From a candidate division WOR-3 bacterium (lineage in GTDB: Bacteria > Hydrothermota > Hydrothermia > LBFQ01 > DSFT01): a stretch of DNA of 39,147 nt. Both the position numbers and the translations under genes were made by a program. The DNA lies in NCBI GenBank assembly GCA_015494735.1, contig WGAQ01000157.1, positions 1 to 39,147 of the forward strand. The letters run 5' to 3'. The notes beneath the pieces are model-generated. The model did not search any database. It was not told where the DNA came from and saw nothing but the letters and a program-made list of their open reading frames with translations. This document shows, piece by piece, positions 27,352 through 35,069 of this stretch (the stretch's first letter is position 1; every line of letters begins with the position of its first letter).

Positions 27352-27443
27352 GCCTTTGCCCCGACCTGAATCGTTGGGGGATTCACCGGTCGGATGCCCG
27401 GCCGGTTGGGGCGGAAGACGAGGCAGAATAAAGCCTACTTTTT
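27352..27443 (+). ncRNA. Candidate structured RNA (three-way junction) of unknown class
   Basis: Stems 27358-66/27404-12, 27367-72/27380-85 and 27388-93/27398-403, with G-U pairs on the plus strand, then a small hairpin and T5. It matches no family I recognise. Confidence 0.4.
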
Positions 27444-27499
27444 CAGTCCGTTATGTATAAGTATTTTCGGGTATGACTCCTATATAATTTCCGATTGCT

Positions 27500-28156
27500 A
27501 TGCTGTGGTTGCTCAGAATAGTCAACGTACTTATACTGCTGTGGGGCACCCTGTCCTACATGTCTAACAGGGACAATCTGCCTCTGGTTCTGGCTGGAGC
27601 GGGATTCCTGTTCTTCGTTTCTGCCCTGTACAAGGCTTTTACCGTGGGCAGGGGAACTCTGAGGGGGAGGTTCTGGATGCTGTTCAGTATGGTGGGGTTG
27701 TCCGTGGGTTTTGCGGGGCTACTTCATTCCCTCGGGAATCTGTCTCTATTTCTCCACGCCCTTTCCCGTATCTTCCTTGCGTCCACCATCCTCATGATGT
27801 TCCTTGGGCTGGTGAAGAGGGGTCTGTCCCCGAGGGGGTGGAGGGTGCCCGTGGTGCTTCTGGCTTTCATGGTGTCCATGGTCGTGGTCTTCTATGCTCT
27901 GATCCACTCATCCCCTGTCAACGTGTGGGATGTACTGATTGGAATGAGCGACATCCTGGTCTTCACCTTCACTGTATCCAACCTCCTGGTATATCTGGGT
28001 AGCGACCTGGGGAAGAGATGGTTCATAGGTTTTCTGGCTGTCTTCGTTTACATCCTTGCCGATATCTTCTTCCTGACCGGGAAGATGGACCAGTCTCTGT
28101 ACGCCCTGGTGGTCTCTCTGTTTCTCATCAGTATAGTGGCCCATATCGGGGAGTGA
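27500..28156 (+). CDS. Integral membrane protein, about 7 TM, unknown function
   Basis: Hydrophobic throughout. TATAAT at 27483-27488. Confidence 0.8.
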   Translation: MLWLLRIVNVLILLWGTLSYMSNRDNLPLVLAGAGFLFFVSALYKAFTVGRGTLRGRFWMLFSMVGLSVGFAGLLHSLGNLSLFLHALSRIFLASTILMMFLGLVKRGLSPRGWRVPVVLLAFMVSMVVVFYALIHSSPVNVWDVLIGMSDILVFTFTVSNLLVYLGSDLGKRWFIGFLAVFVYILADIFFLTGKMDQSLYALVVSLFLISIVAHIGE

Positions 28157-28202
28157 CCGCAGGTTGCTCCCCATTTTTGAAATCCTTCTGTAAACTTTAA
28201 TC

Positions 28203-31118
28203 GTGCAGATATTTCTGGGCAGAGAAAAAGAAATCAAACTCCTTTCGGACGTTCTTTCGGATGTTCTGAATGGCGAGTCCCGTGTGGTCCACATAAAGGG
28301 GGCCAAGGGCCTCGGAAAGACCTCGCTCGTGAAGGAATTCCTCAAGAAGGTGCCCGATAACGTTATTCGCATTCACTCCTCCCATGTCCGTCCGGGGTAT
28401 GGAGTCATAAGGGAATTCGTGAAGAAATTCAGCGACAGGCGTCGCCTTCTGGGGAGGGTTCTTCCGATGGAGGCCGTTCATATATATCCGGACCTTTCCA
28501 GTTATTTCGTCTTTCCCGAATACGATGCCCGTCCCGTCGATGAGTACTTCATCCTGTACGAATTTCTGGACAGGTTGAGCGATGTGTCTCCGGTGGTGCT
28601 CGTTCTGGATAATGTGGAACTCTATTCGCGGGAGGACCTGGAGCTGGTGAGAAAACTCATCCTGTCCCTGGAAGGAAAGCCCATAATGTTCATCCTGGTT
28701 TCTACTCCCGAAATCTCCTTCTACAGAGCCCTCGCCGTTGACCTGGAGCCCCTTTCCCTGGAGGACCTTATGGAACTCCATATGCCCGTGGAAGTGGTGG
28801 AGAAACTCTACAGGGTCACCGGGGGCATTCCGACCCTCGTGAATCAACTCCTCTTTTCCATAAGACATCTCAATCTGGACCCCCACAGGGCTTTTTCTCC
28901 GGAAATTCTCGAGGAGATTTACGGGAAGATACTGGACCTCCTTTCCGATGAGGAGAAGGAATTCCTTCTCAAGATGGCCCTCACGGATTACGTGGATGTC
29001 CAGTCCCCCATATTTCGACATCTGAAGAGTCTGGGTCTGGTGGATGAAGAGGGGATTAGACTGCACGGGCTCAAGGAATATATACTGGGGACCATATCGG
29101 AGGAGGAGAGGAAGTCCTTCTACCGCAGAGAAGCCCTTTCCCTTCTGGATGAATTCAGGGGGAAGGAGGTCTTCGACCTGGAGAAACTCCACCGTCTCGT
29201 CAGGTATATGGAGCTTTCCGGACTGGATGAGAAGTATCCGGAGGAATTCTCCAGATATGCCCTGAAACTCGGAAATCACTACAGGAAGTTGAACAAGTAC
29301 TCCCTTGCCATGGAATTCTACTCCAGGGTGAAGGTGGAGCCCTACAGGAGAGAGGCCGCCCGTCTGAGACTCCTCATAGCGATAAAGACCGGAGGCCATG
29401 AGGATGTGGACACCCTGTTCAGGGAGGTGGCGGATGACCCGGAGGCTGTTGAACAGTATGCCAAGTACCTGCTCTTCAAGCGGAGATTCGATGAATACCG
29501 GAAACTGGTGAAGGGAAAGGAGAATCCCATACTGCGCCTGTACTACCTGTATTACAGGCAGGATTATTCCACATTCAAGAAGGAGGCGATGAAGGCTCTG
29601 GATGAGATAGAGGGGCCCGACAAACTGAATCTCATAAACTTCCTGGCCAGCGTCTATCTGATGGAGGGGGAAAGGAAGAAGGCGATGGATTACCTCCGGA
29701 TTCTGCGCACCGAGGCGGAGAAGCATGGGGACCTGGTCATAGTGAGCAAGGCCCTGTACCACATGGCTGTCCTGGCTTACGAGATGGAAGATTACGAGGC
29801 TGCAATGGAATATGCGAGCAAGGCCCTCGATATGGCGAGGAGGAGTGGATACATATATGGACAGATGTACGTGCACTACTTCCTGGGTGTATTCCTGCAG
29901 GAGAGGGGGGATTACAAGAAGGCGGGGCTCCATCTGGAGAAAGCCCTGGAACTGGCGATAGTCGAGAAGAATGACTTCATCCGCATTTCCTCCACCTTCC
30001 GTCTTTCGGACGATGAGAGGAAGATGGCCATGGTGGAGGACCTGCTCCTCAACAGAAGTATGTACGACCATATATTCAACAGGCTGGCCCTGGACATAAT
30101 AATTCCATTCCTGGCCCGCACCGACCCTGCGAGGGCGAAGAAACTCCTTTCTGAAATAAAGCCCGAAAGGGATTTCATGGAGAAGATTTACAGCGCGTAC
30201 AGGGCTTTCCTCAACGGGAGGAAGTTGCCCAAGAAGATTCCCAGACTCCTCATGGCGCAGATTTACGAATTGAAGGATTCCACCCTTCCCAAGGCTCTGG
30301 AAATATACAAGGAGCTGGGATTCGCCCTGAAGGTTATGGAGATATCCCGCCGGCTGGACCTCCCCTCCGAATTCGAGAGGGAGAAGGTGGAAGTTCATAC
30401 CTTCGGTGGTCTCAGGATAAAGGATGTGGCGGGAAGGGAGATTTCCGGTAAGGACATCGGGACCTATAAGGCCCAGCAGATTCTTTTGATGCTGATAAAA
30501 TCCATATGGGACGAGAAGAATCTTACGACCGACGATATACTGGCTGCCCTGTGGCCGGAATTCGATGCCCAGAGGGCCCTGAACAACTTCCACGTGAACC
30601 TCACATCCCTCAGGAGGGTCCTGGGGAAGAAGGCGATAGTGAAGGATAAGTACTTTTACAAACTCAATCTCGAGGTGGTTGACCTGGACCTCCTGAAGTT
30701 CAAGGAGAACTACGAGAGGGGTATGCATTACAGGAACATGGGCAATCCCCATAAGGCCTATACGTACTTCGAAAGGGCCATAGAACTGGCGGGGGACAGA
30801 TTCCTCAAGGGGATATACGACCCCCTATTCGATGATTTCATAATGCAGGTGAATTCTGCAGTTATGGATGCTCTGGAGTTCATCGGCCAGTACGAGCTGG
30901 AGAGGGCCAATTACGACAAGGCCCGGAGAATCGCAAGGGAAATACTGGACATAGATTACTTCAACGAGAAGGGGCACGAACTGGCCATAAGGACCATGAT
31001 GGAATCCGGGAGGAAGTCGGCTGCCATCGAGTACATGAAGCGGGTTAAGAAGATTTTCATGGAGGAACTCGGTTTCGAGCCCGAATTTCAGGGAATAGAA
31101 AAAGGAGGAAGGGTATGA
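28203..31118 (+). CDS. STAND-like ATPase + TPR + C-terminal winged-HTH/BTAD (SARP-type) transcriptional regulator
   Basis: FLGREKE, Walker A GAKGLGKT, TGGIP and TPR helices, followed by HTFGGL, AALWPE, LTSLRRVLG, NEKGHELAIR and ELGFEP. GTG start 6 nt after TAAACT. Confidence 0.82.
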   Translation: MQIFLGREKEIKLLSDVLSDVLNGESRVVHIKGAKGLGKTSLVKEFLKKVPDNVIRIHSSHVRPGYGVIREFVKKFSDRRRLLGRVLPMEAVHIYPDLSSYFVFPEYDARPVDEYFILYEFLDRLSDVSPVVLVLDNVELYSREDLELVRKLILSLEGKPIMFILVSTPEISFYRALAVDLEPLSLEDLMELHMPVEVVEKLYRVTGGIPTLVNQLLFSIRHLNLDPHRAFSPEILEEIYGKILDLLSDEEKEFLLKMALTDYVDVQSPIFRHLKSLGLVDEEGIRLHGLKEYILGTISEEERKSFYRREALSLLDEFRGKEVFDLEKLHRLVRYMELSGLDEKYPEEFSRYALKLGNHYRKLNKYSLAMEFYSRVKVEPYRREAARLRLLIAIKTGGHEDVDTLFREVADDPEAVEQYAKYLLFKRRFDEYRKLVKGKENPILRLYYLYYRQDYSTFKKEAMKALDEIEGPDKLNLINFLASVYLMEGERKKAMDYLRILRTEAEKHGDLVIVSKALYHMAVLAYEMEDYEAAMEYASKALDMARRSGYIYGQMYVHYFLGVFLQERGDYKKAGLHLEKALELAIVEKNDFIRISSTFRLSDDERKMAMVEDLLLNRSMYDHIFNRLALDIIIPFLARTDPARAKKLLSEIKPERDFMEKIYSAYRAFLNGRKLPKKIPRLLMAQIYELKDSTLPKALEIYKELGFALKVMEISRRLDLPSEFEREKVEVHTFGGLRIKDVAGREISGKDIGTYKAQQILLMLIKSIWDEKNLTTDDILAALWPEFDAQRALNNFHVNLTSLRRVLGKKAIVKDKYFYKLNLEVVDLDLLKFKENYERGMHYRNMGNPHKAYTYFERAIELAGDRFLKGIYDPLFDDFIMQVNSAVMDALEFIGQYELERANYDKARRIAREILDIDYFNEKGHELAIRTMMESGRKSAAIEYMKRVKKIFMEELGFEPEFQGIEKGGRV

Positions 31119-32437
31119 GAATCAGTCCCCTTCTGGTGGACCTTTACGAGATTACCATGGGGTACAGTTACTTCAGGCATGGGAAGAACGAGCCCGCCAC
31201 ATTCGAGCTCTTCGTCCGGAAATTTCCCAGGAACAGGAATTATCTGGTCAGCGCCGGTATAGATGACATAGTGGATTTCCTGGTCAACTTCAGATTCACC
31301 CCGGATGAGATAGACTACCTGCGCTCCCTGAACATGTTCTCCGAGGATTATCTGGACTTTCTCGCCCGCATGCGGTTTACCGGTGACATGTATGCCATAC
31401 CCTCCGGAGAGATTTACTTTCCCGGAGAGCCCGTTGTGGTTATTACTGCTCCGCGGATTCAGGCCCAGATTCTCGAAACTGCCCTTCTGAACCAGTTCAA
31501 CTTCCAGTCCATGATTGCCACGAAGGGGGCGAGGGTCATCTCTGCTGCCCGTGGAAGGGCGTGTGTGGATTTCTCTCCCAGGAGGGACCATGGAATAGAT
31601 GCCAGCATCAAGGTGGCCAAGAATACTTACATGGTTGGGTTCATCGGGACATCCAACCTCCTTGCGGGCAAAATCTATGGTATTCCCGTCTTCGGCACCA
31701 TGGCCCATTCGTATATAATGTCCTTCGAGAGCGAGGAGGAGGCCTTCAAGACCTTTGCGACGGACTTCCCCAATACCACCCTCCTGATAGATACCTACGA
31801 TGTTCTGGAAGCAGCGAAGAAGGTCATAGAGCTGGTGAAGCAGGGTTACAGAATAAAGGCGGTGAGGATAGACAGCGGGGACCTGGTGGAACTGTCCAGA
31901 AAGGTCAGGGAGATGTTCAGGGAGGCCGGCCTCGATTTGCTCATATTCCTCTCCGGTGACCTGGATGAATATGCCATAGATGAGTTGCTGAGGAAGGGGG
32001 CGGAAGCGGATGCCTTCGGCGTGGGAACCCGTCTGGGGACCAGTTCCGATATCCCGTATCTCAACGGTGTTTACAAACTGGTGGAGGATGACAAGGGACC
32101 CCGCGTTAAACTGTCCCCCGGAAAGGTCACCCTCGCCGGAAAGAAGATGCTCTACCGGGTCTATGAAAACGGTCGGATGGTTCGGGACATCATAGCCCTT
32201 CACGATGAGAAAATCGATGGTGCGGAGCCCCTTCTGCTCAAGTATATAGAGGGTGGACGGCCCGTGAGGGAGGATTCCCTGGATGGGGGAAGGGAGAGGT
32301 TCAGGGACGCATTCTCTTCCCTGCCCGAACATCTGAAATCCATATACGAGGTGGAGGAGAAATATCCCGTCTATCTATCGGAGGGCCTCAGGGAAGTGAT
32401 GGCCCGATTCGGTGTGAAAATTGAGAGGATTCAGTAG
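31115..32437 (+). CDS. pncB: Nicotinate phosphoribosyltransferase
   Basis: Motifs LLVDLYEITM, DFSPRRDHG, GTMAHS (phospho-His), LIDTYD, RIDSGD and GVYKL. Confidence 0.95.
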   Translation: MRISPLLVDLYEITMGYSYFRHGKNEPATFELFVRKFPRNRNYLVSAGIDDIVDFLVNFRFTPDEIDYLRSLNMFSEDYLDFLARMRFTGDMYAIPSGEIYFPGEPVVVITAPRIQAQILETALLNQFNFQSMIATKGARVISAARGRACVDFSPRRDHGIDASIKVAKNTYMVGFIGTSNLLAGKIYGIPVFGTMAHSYIMSFESEEEAFKTFATDFPNTTLLIDTYDVLEAAKKVIELVKQGYRIKAVRIDSGDLVELSRKVREMFREAGLDLLIFLSGDLDEYAIDELLRKGAEADAFGVGTRLGTSSDIPYLNGVYKLVEDDKGPRVKLSPGKVTLAGKKMLYRVYENGRMVRDIIALHDEKIDGAEPLLLKYIEGGRPVREDSLDGGRERFRDAFSSLPEHLKSIYEVEEKYPVYLSEGLREVMARFGVKIERIQ

Positions 32438-32454
32438 GGGCGGATATCCGCCCC
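32437..32454. terminator. Perfect 18-bp palindrome GGGGCGGATATCCGCCCC between convergent genes
   Basis: Self-complementary, with no U-tract on either strand. Confidence 0.6.
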
Positions 32455-32459
32455 ATCCC

Positions 32460-34073
32460 TCAGTGAAGCACGAATTTCTTCCTCAGGTCGTTTATCTGGA
32501 ATATGTAGGTTCCGGGTTTTAGATTCAGATTCTCCTCTATGAGCAACCTATCCCTGTACTGCCTGCTCATGACCAGTTTTCCGGATGCGGTGTAAATCTT
32601 CAGGTTTATGCTCTGCGAGGATTTGGCCTTTATGATGAGGCGGTTGTTCTTCAACTCCACCGCCAGTTTGCAATCCTCGTAACGCTCATCCGTGTCGATG
32701 GGGGTCAGGAGCCCGCATGTGATGGAATTGCTGGTGTTTATGAAGGCCTGATAATAGGTGGCATCATCCACAGTGATTCCCCCACTCCCGTAATCGCTCC
32801 ATGTTCCGGGGCCGGCGGAGATGGAGTATGGGGACCAGGTGGTGTCCACAGCAGTTCTCCAGTAGCAGGTATCCACCGTTCCGCTATCTGCTGCCAGAAG
32901 TCCATCGTAATTTCCCGCAGTCCATGCGGCGTTGTCGGTGTATCCGGCCACATACGGAACTTCTGTAGTAATGGTGGTGTTTACGTCTATCGCCCTTCCC
33001 TGCTCATCCCCGGATGACAGTATGTACCTGACCATGGTGGGGGTTATGGTGCTCTTGTCCACATAGACGATGGGTACATCCGCGTCCCTTATCAGTCCTG
33101 TAAAGTAGTAGTAATCCGTGCCCTCAACCACATCTATACCTGCATCGTCCAGGCCGGAAGTGGTTGCCAGGGTAAAGGCTCCCAGAACATTACCATTCGA
33201 GTCGAACTTTATGAAGAGTATATCCTTGGATGTGCCACCGTCGATTTCATCTGCCAGTACGAATCCACCGTCGGAAGTGGGATATGCCCAGGAGAAGTAC
33301 TTTGCTCCGGTGGTGCTCCTGGAGTATTCTTTCTGCCATATTATGCTCCCATCCAGTATGTTGATTTTCCCCATCCATATCTCGTTGAAGAGGGGGGCTA
33401 TCACTATGAGATTCCCGTCGGAAATCTGGAACAGGCTCGTGGCCCAGTCTCTGCCCGATGTTCCCAGTATCCTGTTCCACTGGAGGTTACCGTCGCTGTC
33501 GAATTTCATGAGGAGAACATCCCTGTCGCTTCCCCAGTAGGAGATTTCACCCACCACGACGAAGCCCCCATCCGATGTGGGCTCCACGTTGAAGAATCTC
33601 ACCCATGCATCGTAATCTCCCCACTCGTCTATCACCTGCTTGGCGAAGAGGATATTCCCGGTGTTCCTGTCCAGTTTTATGATAAACCCCCTTCCGGGAT
33701 AGGTGCAGTTGGTGGGAGAGCCTCCGTTGGGAATGCAGGACACTCCAACGGCCACCGCATTCCTGTCCGTTAGAAAGGCCACATCGTACGTCCACTCGTT
33801 GGTGTCTATCTTCCCGATAATCGTCTCCCAGTAGGAGCCACCCTCGGGATTGTTGAGCATGACTATGAAGTCCACTCCATCCCCTGCAGATACCTGATAG
33901 GAGTTGCTGAACAGGGTCTGGACTATGAGGTCGCTGTATATGTCCATCCCGAATGTCCAGTCGAAACTGGTCCCGCCGTAAGTGGTGAGACCCGCCCACA
34001 CCGTGCTCTGGGCAAATCCAAGGGATGGAAGCAAAAGACTAATGGACAATGCGATAGTTTTCAATCCCCTCAT
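32460..34073 (-). CDS. Secreted beta-propeller-repeat protein with a T9SS type A-like C-terminal sorting domain
   Basis: Sec signal ending GFA-Q. Repeats TSDGGF and KFDS(D/N)GN. C-terminal LKIYTASGKLV...PGTYIFQI...KKFVLH. Confidence 0.8.
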   Translation of the reverse strand: MRGLKTIALSISLLLPSLGFAQSTVWAGLTTYGGTSFDWTFGMDIYSDLIVQTLFSNSYQVSAGDGVDFIVMLNNPEGGSYWETIIGKIDTNEWTYDVAFLTDRNAVAVGVSCIPNGGSPTNCTYPGRGFIIKLDRNTGNILFAKQVIDEWGDYDAWVRFFNVEPTSDGGFVVVGEISYWGSDRDVLLMKFDSDGNLQWNRILGTSGRDWATSLFQISDGNLIVIAPLFNEIWMGKINILDGSIIWQKEYSRSTTGAKYFSWAYPTSDGGFVLADEIDGGTSKDILFIKFDSNGNVLGAFTLATTSGLDDAGIDVVEGTDYYYFTGLIRDADVPIVYVDKSTITPTMVRYILSSGDEQGRAIDVNTTITTEVPYVAGYTDNAAWTAGNYDGLLAADSGTVDTCYWRTAVDTTWSPYSISAGPGTWSDYGSGGITVDDATYYQAFINTSNSITCGLLTPIDTDERYEDCKLAVELKNNRLIIKAKSSQSINLKIYTASGKLVMSRQYRDRLLIEENLNLKPGTYIFQINDLRKKFVLH

Positions 34074-34317
34074 CTCTCAGAACCTCCTTTATCCGGGAGG
34101 TATCCACCTTTCCCGGCTCCACTATAATCATGTATGCATTGGGTTTGTAGGGGGAAATCCTCTTCACGAAATCCAATTTCTTCAGGAAAGTGAGATCCAC
34201 GCGCGATGCCCCTTTACCTCCATTATAGAATTCCACTATATACACGGAATCAGGATAACTAACTGCCTCAGCCCTGTCTATTAACATCTGCGCCACTAAA
34301 ATATTAATTAACCACAT
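34039..34317 (-). CDS. Small hypothetical protein (92 aa), possibly exported
   Basis: ATG 34317 lies 10 nt after a TTGACT-N17-TAAAAT promoter. N-terminus MWLINILVAQ. Overlaps the next gene by 35 nt. Confidence 0.6.
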   Translation of the reverse strand: MWLINILVAQMLIDRAEAVSYPDSVYIVEFYNGGKGASRVDLTFLKKLDFVKRISPYKPNAYMIIVEPGKVDTSRIKEVLRDEGIENYRIVH

Positions 34318-34327
34318 AGTTGTGATA

Positions 34328-34356
34328 ATTTTAATCTCGAAAGACTGAAAAGTCAA
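34328..34356 (-). promoter_or_regulatory. Sigma70-type promoter TTGACT-N17-TAAAAT
   Basis: -35 at 34351-34356 and -10 at 34328-34333, with an exact 17-nt spacer. Confidence 0.7.
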
Positions 34357-34511
34357 GGTGTGCATGAAAATTTGTCCCATTGGAAACATGCATAAGATTC
34401 AGGGGATGTTCAGAACCCCTCAGGTTCAGGTATAGCATGGATGTAAAAAGTGTGATTATTCTGGCAGGAGTAATCGACCCCTTGACGCGTATGTTTAAAA
34501 TTAACGACAAC

Positions 34512-35069
34512 ATGAAGGCAAATAATCTGAAGGAGAAGTATCGCATAATGGACACCAAGCAGTTCTTCCGCACCATAAGGAGGATGGGCCTCGAGGTTGT
34601 GGAAAAATTTCCGGACCTCGACAACCTCATAATAGCAGGGATAAAAACCCGCGGAGTTTACCTGGCCCGCTATATTAAGGATGTGGTGCAGGAAGAGACT
34701 GGAATGGATATTCCCGTTGGAGAGATAGATATAAGTTTCTACAGGGATGACCTTTCTCTAATCGATGAAGTGCCTGTGGTGAGGGGAACCCGCCTCGGGG
34801 AAAACATAGACGACAGGAAGATTCTCGTGGTGGACGATGTCCTGTTTACCGGAAGGACTGTGAGGGCTGCTCTGGATGCCATATTCGATTTCGGAAGGCC
34901 GAAGGAGGTTAAACTGGCAGTGCTCATAGACAGGGGGTGGAGGGAATTGCCCATCTGTGCTGATATCGTAGGAAAGAAGATAACCACGACCCTCTCCGAA
35001 GTGGTAAAGGTCAAGGTAAAGGAAGTGGACGGGGCGGATGAAGTATGGATGCTGGAAAGAGTGAACTGA
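34512..35069 (+). CDS. pyrR: PyrR pyrimidine regulator / uracil phosphoribosyltransferase
   Basis: Motifs GIKTRG, DISFYRDD, VDDVLFTGRT and DRGWRELPI. ATG 34512 lies 10 nt after TAAAAT. Confidence 0.93.
   Translation: MKANNLKEKYRIMDTKQFFRTIRRMGLEVVEKFPDLDNLIIAGIKTRGVYLARYIKDVVQEETGMDIPVGEIDISFYRDDLSLIDEVPVVRGTRLGENIDDRKILVVDDVLFTGRTVRAALDAIFDFGRPKEVKLAVLIDRGWRELPICADIVGKKITTTLSEVVKVKVKEVDGADEVWMLERVN

Noticed and set aside
27144-27431. 95-aa hydrophobic plus-strand ORF
   Set aside because: It is antisense to Lys/Arg-rich rpmI, whose AAG/AGA codons read as Leu/Phe/Ser on the other strand.
27352-27443. Possible tRNA-Sec, SRP RNA, c-di-AMP riboswitch or L20 leader
   Set aside because: No T-loop GTTCRA or UCA anticodon arm, no SRP helix-8 CAGG..GGAA..AGCA motif, no ydaO consensus. 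It lies upstream of the rpmI -10 box and favours the opposite strand. Kept only as an unclassified candidate.
28197-30752. 851-aa antisense ORF opposite the STAND/SARP regulator
   Set aside because: Shadow frame. It mirrors the sense codons, has no motifs, and is rich in His/Leu/Gln/Pro as expected when the sense strand rarely uses TTA, CTA and TCA.
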